A stretch of DNA of 63,358 nucleotides, the filler included, from Folioceros fuciformis (Eukaryota): assembly GCA_049999805.1 (NCBI GenBank). It is 13 parts of 13 records of this genome, joined end to end, with 100 filler letters (N's around TTAATTAATTAA, not from the genome) between each part and the next. Parts side by side here need not be neighbours in the genome. Positions count along the whole stretch, not along the records: positions 34,368 to 37,938 come from JBNGIO010005670.1; positions 38,039 to 44,854 come from JBNGIO010005671.1; positions 44,955 to 48,731 come from JBNGIO010005672.1; 10 more parts are not named here. One strand, given 5' to 3'. How positions within the stretch are numbered: position 1 is the first letter of the stretch; each line of letters begins with the position of its first letter. Below, piece by piece: positions 37,301-48,831 of this stretch. The position numbers and the translations under genes are program-made. Under the pieces are notes generated by a model, which had not been told where the DNA came from, ran no database searches, and was given only the letters and a program-made list of their open reading frames with translations.

Positions 37301-37938
37301 AAACGATGTGCCCTCAAACTCCTGCAGAAGTAGAAGAAATGAGCTCTGTCCCCTATTCAGGAGCTGTGGGCAGTCTCCAGCATCTCGTACAAAATACTCG
37401 ACCGGACATAGCCTTACCAACTTCATTGACTTCCCAATTCCTTTCAAATGCTGGTCTACCTCACTGGGTTGCTGTAAAACGTATCCTCCGATACCTACAA
37501 GGTACGAAGAAGAAGGGTATTAAATACCATGGTGGCCCAGGAGCTCAAGACAAACTGATTGGCTGGACTGATGTAGATTGGGCCGGCGACCCTGATTCTC
37601 GTAGGTCCACAAGTGGCTACGTTTTCTTACTCGCCGGTGGAGCAATCAGTTGGAAAGCAAAGAAACAAACTTCTATAGCTCTCAGCTCTGCAGAATCGGA
37701 ATACATTTCTGCCGCCTCTGCCGCCAAGGAAGGTTTGTGGTTAGTCCAACTGCTAACTGACCTTGGCTATCCACATCAAGGACCAATCGAGCTGCGCTGT
37801 GACAATCAAGCTACGATCTCTCTATCCAAGGATCTGAGATTTCACGAGCGCTCAAAACACATTGAGCTCAGATACCATTTTCTGCGTTCCAAAGTTGAGA
37901 GTAACGAAGTGCGCTTAACGTATGTACCAACCGAGGAA
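34368..37938 (+). mobile_element. pol: Ty1/Copia pol, essentially intact apart from one triplication
   Basis: Open from YCSKKGHIAPEC through WLLDSGATEHM, LWHLRLAH, HADLCGP/DNAGE/AERRHRSL, LKARFVARGF, IYVDD, DVDWAGD and HERSKHIEL. Confidence 0.97.
36722..36835 (+). repeat. 38-bp perfect tandem triplication inside RT
   Basis: AACTGCGTTCTTAAATGGAATACTCCAGGAAGAGATAT x3; adds 76 nt and causes the frameshift between ORFs 34521 and 36736. Confidence 0.97.
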
Positions 37939-38038
37939 NNNNNNNNNNNNNNNNNNNNNNNNNNNNNNNNNNNNNNNNNNNNTTAATTAATTAANNNNNN
38001 NNNNNNNNNNNNNNNNNNNNNNNNNNNNNNNNNNNNNN

Positions 38039-38982
38039 CGCTCTCGCTCCCGTGCTCTCTCTCCCACAATCCACACAATGCGAAAATCAGAGTGTGTAGG
38101 AACTGGAAATCTTATCGGCACAGTAGGCCTATAGTCAGAATCAGCATACGCGAACTCACCAGCTTTGAAGCGGAACTTGGCACTTTGATCCCTTGAAAGA
38201 GACTTCTCTTTAGGGGTAGCCGTCTTGCGGGGAGCTGCCTTACACGCAACAGCAGCCTTTGTCTTTTAGGCTGTAGTCTCTGACGAGCGCCGCTGATCAA
38301 GAAAAGCTTTGGTGGTGCCGCGCGGCCTCCCTCGCGAACGCCTTCCGCCGCTGCCACCTTGAGCAGCAGGAGCAGGCATCTTTGCCGATCCTTGCTGCTG
38401 AGAGGAGGCGGCTGTTCTAGTCGGCTTGCTCACAAACCGCCCTAGCTTGTCACGATGGCAGACACGGCGCTTTGCAGGAGGGGAGTCAGTAGCTGAAGAC
38501 GACATCTTGAGCTCAGAGATCCTACGCTCCAACAGCTTACAAATAAAGGACTTGAAGCGAGGAGGGATGCTATAAGGGTCGCGACGCACCTGCTACCCAA
38601 GTTTGTGCAGATACGCTCCATCGCGTTTCTTTAAAGGCAAAGGTGTCGGCGCAACCCAGTACATGCACACAGCGGAGCTTTCAGCTCAGCTCACAGTCTC
38701 ACACTCGACCCGTGTTAGAGAAGGCGAAGAGGAGACGTCCGAATCGTCATAATCCAACAAGTGGGAGTGAAGGAGTATTGATGTTGGCATAATGAGATTA
38801 GGGTTATATTATATCCAGTTTCATATTGTGTGTATAGTTTAAAATGACTTACCTCTTCGCTAGGGTTACGACTGTTAGTAATAGTCACACCCATTCATGA
38901 ATAGTTAAGTTTAAGTTTTAATGTTTTACTTACTCTCTTTTTTCTTGAATATATACAATGTTATTTTTATAATAAATCTACA
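38039..38982 (+). mobile_element. 3' end of a Copia-like element (3' region, PPT, 215-bp LTR)
   Basis: PPT AAGTGGGAG (same as at 16580-16590) then TGAAGG...TCTACA, an AT-rich LTR at 38768-38982. Confidence 0.62.
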
Positions 38983-41900
38983 TCTGCATGTAATTTCTTA
39001 TATTGGTGGTTATGTTATTTGTGACAGGTTGCCCAGCCATGGTGTTCACTACGTGCGCGGCTAGTGCAGCCCTTGTCGCTTGAGCTAGTCGCTCGGTGCT
39101 TGTTGACTGTGCACTCTTTGTAGCGTGTGCTAGCTGTGCTAAATGTACAAGGTAAGAGGGAGGGGGAGATGTACTGGACTGTGAAGAGGCTGTCTGGTCA
39201 AGTGTTTGAAACAATGAAAAGGGATCTTCTGGTAGGGGATAAACCCTTGATTCTTCACTTGTATCGCTTCGCCCTCGGCCAATCCCTCGACTTGATCCGG
39301 CACCACGGTTTGGTTTGTGACGGCCGCGATTGCCTCTCCCGCCTTGTGACATGTACGGCCATTGTTTTTTAAAAAGGTCGAGCAGCCCTTGCGGCACACG
39401 CCTCCGGATCCTTGCACTCAATCTTGGCGGCTTTCATGTTTCTTGATTGCATAGGTGCTGATGCTCCAAAAATGGTGCTCTCACATTGCGTGTTGGTTCT
39501 TGGGTGTGCAGGTATAGCCAGCAAGTTCAACTGACCTTGTACAAACAGTGCGTCTAATTTGATGTTGGTTGTGGCTGGCCTATCCGACAGATTAGAGATG
39601 GTTTCTTTTATGCATTGGGATTGCAGCCTGACTTGGTCATGAACCTTTGCAAGAAGCTGGTCAGTAGTGGATGGAATGGTAGACTGCTTGGCTACGCAAT
39701 TGTGACACAGTGGGTGAGTGTTGCGTGCAAGTTTTTGCTGTTTTTAGACATACACTAACTATGCTCGAGCAATGTCACGGCTTACTTGTGCGCGTAGACT
39801 GTGCAGGGGATCAGGCCTAGTTTGTTGTAAGTTCTGACCCTGGAATGGTGCGCATGACTACTGATACAGGTTTCTACAGTGCGAACTGAAAAATTGGTTC
39901 AATCTACAATGCTGTGATGCAACCGATTCTCCTGGTGCGCCTACAAACGGGTCAGCAGTTTCTGGCAACCTTCTACCTCTTCTCCTCGGCATAATGCAAG
40001 ACGCTAGCTGTAATATTGCACAACGGCATCTGCAAGAAAAGCATCTGGCATCTCCGAAGCAATGGCTACTACGGTGCATCTTATTAATAGATCTCCTAAT
40101 AGGGCTGTGGATGAGCAGGTTCAGGAGGAGATGTGGTTTGGAAAGAAGCTGTCATACAAGCATCTACGAGTGTTTGGCTGCGAGGCATACTACCATGTTC
40201 CTAAGGAGTTTCGGGACAAGTTGGCACCCAAGTCCAAGAAATGTATTTTTCTTGGCTATGGTGAATCTGGTGAGATGGGATACCGTCTGTGGGATCCAGA
40301 GGCCAAGAGAATGGTTTGCAGTAATGACGTGTTCTTCAATGAGACCAAGATGCACAAGAAGCCTACTCCAACTGTGGAGGTGCGACGGGTGGTGTTTCAA
40401 GAAGATGGATTTGACCGTCCTGCGCAGGAGGAACATCGTGATGTACAGGAACAAGTTCCTCCACTTGTACAAGAGGAGAGAGTGCAACCAGCTCCGGTCG
40501 AGGCGCCATTGCTTCATAGGTCAGGAAGGATCTCACGTCCTCCTGACAGGTATGTTGCATCTCTTGATTATGTCATGCTGACGGATTGTGGGGAGCCCTC
40601 TTGTTACCAAGAGGCCATGTCAGTGACTGCCAAGGACAAGTGGGAGGAAGCGATGCAGTCACAGATGGATTCACTCCACAAGAACCAAACTTGGGAGTTG
40701 GTTCGGTTGCCTAAGGGCAAGAAGGCGTTGCCATGCAAATGGGTGTATAAGATGAAGGACATACCCCATTATGGCAAACCTAAGTACAAGGCACGATTGG
40801 TTGCGAAGGGTTTTAAGCAACAGCAAGGTATTGACTTTGATGAAATTTTCTCACCGGTTGGCAAAATGACCACCTTGCGATGTGTTCTTGGTCTGGTTGT
40901 GAGGCTCGACATGGAACTTGTCCAAATGGATGTGAAGTCGTCATTTTTGCATGGTGATCTCTAGGAAGAGGTATACATGCAGCAACCAGAGGGTTTCATT
41001 GAGAAGGGCAAAGAAAATCTAGTGTGCAGGTTAAAGAAAAGCCTTTATGGTTTGAAGCACGCACCCAGGGAGTGGTATTTCAAGTTCCACTCATTTATGC
41101 TTTCTCAAGGCTACAAGCGTAGCGATGAGCATCATTGCCTCTATACGAAGCAAGCTAAGGATGGAAGCTTGCTCATTCTGGTCCTCTATGTGGATGATAT
41201 GCTAATTGCTGGGACTAACAGTGATGAGATTTCAACGTTGAAGTCAAAGTCGAATGGTCGCTTTGACATGACAAACTTGGGAGAGGCAAGCCATATTCTT
41301 GGCATGCGTATTTGTCGAGACAGATAGAAGCGTTTGTTGTACTTGTCTCAGACAGAATACATTAACAAGGTGCTTCAATGTTTCAATATGGAGAAGGGGA
41401 AGGTATTAAGTACTCCGTTGCCTCCATATGTGAAACTGTGTAGCAAGGATTGCCCAAGCTCTGCGGAGGACAAAGTTGAAATGGAGAACGTTCCATACTC
41501 ATCAGCTGTAGGGAGTTTGATGTATGCAATGATTGCTACACGTCCTGACATTGCCTTTGCAGTGGGAGTGTTTAGCAGGTTTATGTCAAACCCTGGCAGG
41601 AAGCATTGGGAGGCAGTGAAAGGAGTTATGAGGGACTTGAATGGTACGAAAGCTTTGTGCTTATGTTTTGGGAGTAAAGATGCATCTGTCATGGGATATA
41701 CGGATGCTGATTATGCAGGGGATGTGGACAAAAGGAGGTCCACATCAGGTTACGTCTTCATGTGCACAGGAGGGGCAGTATCATGGCGATCTCGTTTGCA
41801 ATCATGCATAATGTTATCTACCACAGAGGCCGAGTATGTTGCAGCAACTGAGGCATGCAAGGAAGCCATATGGCTTGCTCGTCTAGTGGGCGATTTAGGG

Positions 41901-42213
41901 ATCAAGGTTCAGCTGCCAGTGTTGCATTGTGATAGCCAGAGTGCTATTCAATTGTCAAAGAATCTAGTGTTTTATGCGAAGACCAAACATGTGGAAGTGA
42001 AGTATCACTTCATTCGAGAGGTGTTGGAAGACAAAAGGGTACAACTTGTCAAAGTTCACACCAGTCAGAACCCTGCAGATGTTCTTACCAAGGGGCTCTC
42101 TTCGGAGCAATTCGCACAAGCTCGGACACTCATGGGCGTGAGGTAGACTACTCCCCTATGAAGGTAAATTGGCCTTTAAGGGGGCGGTTGTAGGGTTATT
42201 AAAGCCCAATGTG

Positions 42214-42284
42214 CTTAGACTAATCACATTAGTCTAATTAAACTAGTGTGATAAGTTTAATTAGACTAATGTAATTAGTCTAAG
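42214..42284. repeat. Inverted repeat (31-bp arms, 1 mismatch, 9-nt loop) in LTR U3
   Basis: CTTAGACTAATCACATTAGTCTAATTAAACT / AGTTTAATTAGACTAATGTAATTAGTCTAAG. Confidence 0.93.
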
Positions 42285-42391
42285 ATTAGTGTTTAATTAA
42301 GTATCATTAGCTTAAGCTAATATTTAGGAAGCTTCCTGCATAGCTTCCTGTGAGCTTCTTGTGAAGCTTCCTTGGGAGCTTTTCTAGAGGG

Positions 42392-42399
42392 TATAAATA
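42392..42399 (+). promoter_or_regulatory. LTR TATA box
   Basis: TATAAATA flanked by AGAGGG/CCCTCT and followed by a CT-rich tract. Confidence 0.65.
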
Positions 42400-42519
42400 C
42401 CCTCTTGAGCTCCCTTTGCAATAGAGCTGTGAGAGACACTGTGAGACCTCTCTTTCTCCTCTCCTCCTCCCTTCTTCTCTCCTCTCCTTCACCATGCTCC
42501 TCTAATGATCCTTTCACTA

Positions 42520-44567
42520 TGGTGGATTCCGACAGGCCGGCTATTCGGCTAGCCATGCTGTATGGCTGGCTGAAGCTGGAAGAGGGGGCGGTGTGGACCC
42601 CGTCGGATGTCTGAAGGCAAGGTCAACGCCAGTGGCCGCGATTAGGGCTGCTGGCCTGGGTCATGGTGAGCGGGCGGCAGGTCGGGCAAGCGGAGGGACT
42701 GTGTAGCAGGCCGGGGCCCGGTTGAGGACCCGGCGGGGTCTAGCAGGCAGGTGGCGGTGCGGATCCTGCCAGACGACTGCAACCAAGCAGCCCAGTTTCG
42801 GTTGCAGACGGGCAGCTTGGTCTTGGTGCAAGCAGGCAGCCTGGCCTGGCTGCAGGCCGCCAACCACTGCAGGAAGGCAGCCTCGCAATGGTAGTAGGGA
42901 CAGGGTGGTGTGTGGTTTTGGCCAGAGGGTAGATCCGCCTAGGCAACTAGCGGGTTGGGGGAAGTCCTAGCCGCAGGGAGCGTCGGATCGGCCGGCTGGC
43001 TGCCTACCAGATCCGGAAGGCAAGAGGCCGGTTTGTGGCCTCTGGGGATGGAGGAGCCACGCGGCGGTGCTAGATCTGCGGGTGTACCAGGCTGGCTGGC
43101 AGGTTGGTCGACCAAATGGGCGGTTTGCCTGGGGGAGCCGGCAAGCCGGGGTGCAGGCGGCCTGGCTGGGTGCTCGGGGTTGGCGGATGGAAGCTGGTTG
43201 GAAGGGGTCCTGGCAGGGGAAAGAAGGCTGCTGAGGAGCAGGCAGCTAGGCGGGCTAGGCAGGAGGCAGGCAGCCCCGCAGCGGTGGAGGTAGGCCAGAT
43301 GGGGGCAAGGCGCTCCGAGGGGCTGTGGCAGGTCTCCGAGGCAGTCTATGGCAGACCGGTGGCCAGCTGGTGGTCTAGCGGGCTTTTAAGGAGCCTAGCC
43401 AACAGCCCAACGTTCTAGGCAGCTAGGCTGGGCAGGCTGGCTGGCTAGTCAGATCTGGAAGGCAGACAGCCAGACAGGCTGTTGGAGCGCTGGCTGGAGC
43501 ATGGCCAGGCAGCCAGGCAAGGCTGCCAGATCCAGGCAGATGCTAGCCGGATGGCCAAACAACCCAACCCGGCCTGGGCAATAGGAGGTCGGCGGAGCTA
43601 GGCCAAAGCCAGGAAGGCTGGCGGCTGGCCGGATTCAAACCAGCAGCGCAGGCAGGCCAGGTGGGTGTGGTTGGCCTGGCGGGACGCTAGAGGCGGGCTG
43701 TTGGTAGGGCGCTCTGGGCAGGGCTGAGGCAGGCCGCGTGGCGGTGGGTTAGCCGGATCCGCAGGGGTGGCAGGTTGGGAGCCTGATATGGGCTACCGCA
43801 GCTGGCCAGTGGGCTCAGGCGGCCCCCTAGCTGGATCAGATGGCAGGCTGGCTGCGGCTGGTCGAGCTAGGGCCAAGCAGCCGCTGGGCGGCTGGCGGCC
43901 GGCTGGGGGAAGTCCAGGCTGGGGGGGAATCCTAGCAGGTGGCTGGCCTAGCAGTAGCTGGTTGAGGAGCGAGCAACCCAACCCGGCTAGGCAGCCAGGC
44001 AAGGCTGCCAGATCCAGGAGGCAACCAGAGTCCAGGTCGCAAGTGGTCGAATCCAGGCAAACAGGGGGTCGCGCATCCAGGCTGGTGCAAGCAAATTGAA
44101 ACCAGACAGGCGACTGGCTGCAGGGGGCAGGATTTGGTGGAGGCAGGTAAGTTGGTCAAGGCCGGGTAGAGTAGGCCAGCTTGCGGGCAGCCTGGCTGGT
44201 CGACGAGTAGACCGGCTGTAGGGGAATTCAGCCAGACAGCCGGGCCGATCCGGCTGGCTGGCATGCGAATCCAAGCCCGGCCGGATCGCTAAGGCTGGGC
44301 GGGGCCGGGATGGCAGGATCCAAGCAACCATGGCAGGCTGGCCGGGATCGCGTTTGGGAGGTTGGTTGGCTAGAAGGCAACGAGAGGCCTGGATCGGGAT
44401 CTAAGCAGGCGGCTGCTAAGCGGGCGGACTGGATCCAAGTGGTTGGCTAGCCTAAGCAGATGGCAAGGTGGTGGCGACGCAGCCAGGCTGCAGGACGGCT
44501 AGGCAGCCGGGCAAGGTTGCCGGGTCCTGGGAGACGGGGCTAGAAGTTGGGGATTCAGGGTCAAGGT
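42520..44567. repeat. GC-rich, G-skewed low-complexity block
   Basis: GGCTGG/GGCAGG/GGATCC-rich, with an internal repeat CAGCCAGGCAAGGCTGCCAGATCCAGG at about 43510 and 43992. Confidence 0.7.
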
Positions 44568-44854
44568 TGTGAACCTCCAAAGTTTGGGGTAGTAGTTTGT
44601 TTTGGTTGAAAAAGGGTTAATAGTGGTATGGTTTGGTTTTCTTTTTCAACTTATTTTCCCTAATTTTCCTTGATTTTCTGGTCATTTTTCCTATTTTTCT
44701 TTGTGCTAATTAGGTTAATTGACCAGGAAATCATTAGCTTGGTTATAAGAGTGGGTATAGGTTTGGTCCCAGACCTGGGAAGGTTTAGGTTCGGTACCAG
44801 GCCATAGGGTTGGGTGATTAGTTTAATATTAATTAAAGATATATAATATTAAAT
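44568..44854 (+). repeat. Terminus of LTR family TGTGAACCTCCAAAGTTTGGGG
   Basis: The same 22-nt terminus and AT-rich continuation occur on the minus strand from 62672. Confidence 0.8.
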
Positions 44855-44954
44855 NNNNNNNNNNNNNNNNNNNNNNNNNNNNNNNNNNNNNNNNNNNNTT
44901 AATTAATTAANNNNNNNNNNNNNNNNNNNNNNNNNNNNNNNNNNNNNNNNNNNN

Positions 44955-47900
44955 GCTCTTGAATTCGGCTTCAGTACTTGACAGTGCGATTGTTGTCTAC
45001 AGTTTGCTACTCCAGCTAGAATTGTAACATAACTGGACACACTCCTCCTGCTATCCGAATCCCCAGCCCAGTCGGCATCACTGAACGCTAGAAGAGTAAG
45101 TGCCTTGTCAGCCTTCTTGCTGTACAGAAGCCCCCAGTCTTGTGTTGCTCCAATGTACCGATAGATTCTCCTCATCAAGCCACTGTGTGACGAATTGGGG
45201 CTTGACACAAACCTGGATGCAAGTCCAGAACTGAAGCTCAGGTCAAGTCTCGTCCCAATGGTCAAATGCATTAGGCTCCCATTTCTGGACGGATAATCTG
45301 CAACCTCATCATACTCATCTTCACGCTCCCACTTGAGTTGTATACTTGGTGTTTTGCTCGATAGGAGTAGCTGTAGGTTTGTTGTTTTGCATCTCGTACC
45401 TTTCAAGGATTTGGCGTGCATATTTAGACTGATGCAAGAATATTGTGTCCACCTTCCTATCTCTCACCAGCTGCATGCCAATACAGTATTGCAGAGCACC
45501 AGCATCTGTCATGTGGAACTCGCTACTCAGCTGGCCTTTCAAGGTATGAATCATTCTGAGCGAGTTGCTCATGACGATAATATCATCTACATAGACTGCC
45601 ACTGCAACAAAATTTGTGCCTTCTCGCTTGATGTAGACATTGCTGTCTGCATGAATACTAACATACCCTAATGTCTACAGGTAGGCATCTATGCGAGCAT
45701 ACCAAGCTCTCGGACTCTGCTTCAGACCATATATGGTCTTCTTCAGGTGGCAAACACGTCGAGAGATGTCAGTTGGTATAGGTACTCCCTCTGGCACTTG
45801 CATGTAGATGTCTTCTTGCAGTTTTCCATACAAGAATGTCGTTTTGACATCGAGTTGCTCAAGCTCGAAGTCATGTATGACTGCTAGGGCTACAAAGAGG
45901 CACAAATTTGTAAGCTTTACAACTGGACTGAATGTATCATCATAGTCCACCCCTGGAATCTGTGAGTAACCCTTTGCCACGACCCGTCCTTTGTACCGGG
46001 CCACTAAGCCATCTGCCTTACGCTTAATTTTGAATACCCACTTGCTTCCCAGAGGTTGCCTTCCTCCAGGCAAGTTGGTAATTGTCCAGGTCTCGTTTTC
46101 ACCCAAAGATGCAAGCTCAAAGTCGATGGCAATTTACCACAGTGCAGATTCAGGACAGGTAACGGCTTCCTTATAAGATTGTGGTTCGTAAAGCTGGGTA
46201 GTAGCAGCTAGGCAGTATGTTAGGTGGGACTTCGGATGTCGATAGTCCTCAGAAACATAGTATTCAGGTGGCCTTGTATGCCTACCAGATTGGCATGGAG
46301 CTAAGTGTGCATGCTTAGCTTTCCTCCTCGAGTGGACAAGACTAGGAGTGGTAGCAACCTGTAAATCTTCGTCCAGGTTGAAAGAGACATGATGTGACGG
46401 GGTGTCATTCAAGTCTCTGTTGCTCAAAGCTCGGCCAGGTGTCCGCAAGGGTGTGAATACAGCTGGAGACTGTGGGTGCACTGTTGGGACAGGTCCTACT
46501 GCAGGTATAGTCGGTGCAGGGACCACAGGTAAGGGAACCGGCAGCTAGCCAACTAAGAAATCGCCCCCATCCTCTGACAAGCTGTCCTCCGAGCTGGAGC
46601 TATCTGGAACACGAGCTCCCACTTGCTGAGCAGACTCCACACCCTCAACAAATATGACGCGAATGAGTGACTTGCAGAGTTCTTTTGTTCAAAATTTTGT
46701 ATCCCTTAATGCCTTCAGTAAATCCAACAAAGATATGTGGTGAAGACTTGGGATCAAACTTCCTACAAAGGTCCTTGTGAACTTGGGCATATACTGTGGA
46801 GCCAAACACTCGAAGGTGGGATAGGTTAGGCTTCCTCCAAGTCCACAGCTCGTAAGGGGTCTTCCCTCGAACAGATCAATGCGGTATTTGATTCTGAATG
46901 TACACTGCATAGGAGATGGCTTTGACCTAGTAACATTTGGGCAACTTAGCATACTGTAGCATGCTTGAACCAGAGGTCTCCAAGGCCTGGTTCTTTTTCT
47001 CCGCGACCCCATTTTGTTGGGGGGTGCGTGCATTTGTTAACTGACGTCCTATGCCATGTGTGGTGCAGTAAGCTGTGAATTCTGCAGATAGATATTCTCC
47101 GCCATTGTTCGAACGAAGGTTCTTCAACCCATGGCCAGTCTGCCTCTCTGCCCATGCCCTATATTCCTAAAAGCATCCAAACGTCTCTGACTTGTGCTTC
47201 AGGAGATAGACAACGCAAAATCTGGTGAAGTCGTCTGTGAAGGTAAGAAAATACTCTCTACCGCTAAGTGACTTAGGCAATGGGCCACAAAGGTCATTGT
47301 GCACGAGTCCTAACACTTCAGTGGCTCGTGTGGCTGTGTGAGCAGGGAATGGAGCACGTTTGTGCTTCCCAAGAATGCATGCCTCGCATGCTCCAAAGTC
47401 GTCCAAGTGATCCAAGATCACACCATCTACCATCTTCTCCTTGTACATTTTTACCAACTTCTAGAAGTTCATGTGGCTTAGACGCAGGTGCCATAGGTAA
47501 GTCAGTGAAGGCCTTGCATAGTGGGCATGCGTAGAGGCTGAGTTCGCCTGCTCCTACTCCTTCTTAATGTCTAAGTGATAGAGGTCATCACTTTGCAGGT
47601 GCCCAGTTGCAAGGAGTGTACCATCAGCTGTTTCAACAACACATCTTCCGCCTCCAAAGCATGCATAGCAGCCAGACTCATCTATTTTCTGGACTGAAAC
47701 CAGATTTTTGGTCAAACCTGGAACATAAAGAACATTGGGGATCTCGAGATGTTGATCCAGCTCTAGGTCAAGTTGAATGGTCCCTTGACCCATAATCTGA
47801 TGTGTCGTGTCGTCTCCTAAGCACACAAATTCTGCAGCGGTGCTTCCATCCAGTGCAGTAAAGTAAGCTTTGTGAGGGGTCATGTGCTTTGACGCCCCAC

Positions 47901-48731
47901 TGTCTATGTACCACGCGTGTGATGGCTGATTTGCAAAGCAAGTGACAACGTTGCAAAAGGTACGTGTCGATGACTCAGATGAGTCCTCCTGCTGCTCCTT
48001 CTTGACATGTGTGACAAATGCACGGCTGTACTTGTGCATAGTAACAGCCAGGTGGCTTGATGGCTGACCACCTTCTCCAGCTAACCTTTTACGGCAGGTT
48101 TCCCATGTATGGTTTGCCATTCCACAATGACCACATGGAGGCCTTGGCCTTGAACTGCCTCCAAACTGTTGGGGCCTAGCGCCACCACGGCCACCTCGAC
48201 CACCACGGACCCCTCTCGCAAAGGGATGACCTCGTCCGCGTCCCCTGGAAGGTTTGTTAGCATATAGTGCTTTGTCACTTGAAGGATATAATGAGGTACT
48301 TGCCATCTTCCTCCTAGACTCTTCAATAAGCATGGCTGCTATTACCCGGTTAACTGTGACTGTTTGAATGTCTTGCAGACCCTGTACAACCCCTGACCAG
48401 GTTTCGGGGAGTGTGGTTAAGAGAATGACTGCCAAAAGTTCTTCCTCCAGGTTAAAGCTTGCTGAAACCATTTTTCCTCTCCAATTTCGGAACTCCAGTT
48501 TGTGTTTATCAACATTGTTGGTCTCTGTCACCTTGAGTCCTAAGAATTTCTTGAGGACTAGAGTCTGCAGCATCATATCTTTGGAATCATAAACCAGCTT
48601 AACCTGCGTCCACCAGCCAGCTACAGTTTCTCCAGCACCCTGGAAAATCCCAATATGCGTACTCTTGATGCTAAAGTGCAACAGGGACTTTGCCTGCTGG
48701 TCTGCTTCCTCCCACTTGGCTATGTCTTCAG
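44955..48731 (-). mobile_element. pol: Ty1/Copia gag-pol, decayed
   Basis: gag MLIEESRR, CGHCGMANHTWETC, WYIDSGASKH, HNDLCGP, NNGGEY, YKGRVVAKGY, YVDD, DADWAGD. Confidence 0.95.
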
Positions 48732-48831
48732 NNNNNNNNNNNNNNNNNNNNNNNNNNNNNNNNNNNNNNNNNNNNTTAATTAATTAANNNNNNNNNNNNN
48801 NNNNNNNNNNNNNNNNNNNNNNNNNNNNNNN

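Larger units (their letters stand above)
40055..42520 (+). mobile_element. pol: Ty1/Copia (Tnt1/Tork-like) IN C-terminus, RT, RH, PPT and start of 3' LTR
   Basis: HLRVFGC, DCGEPSCYQEA, YKARLVAKGF..IDFDEIFSPV, LYVDDML, DADYAGD, ADVLTKGL. PPT at about 42178-42187, LTR from TG at 42189. Confidence 0.93.
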
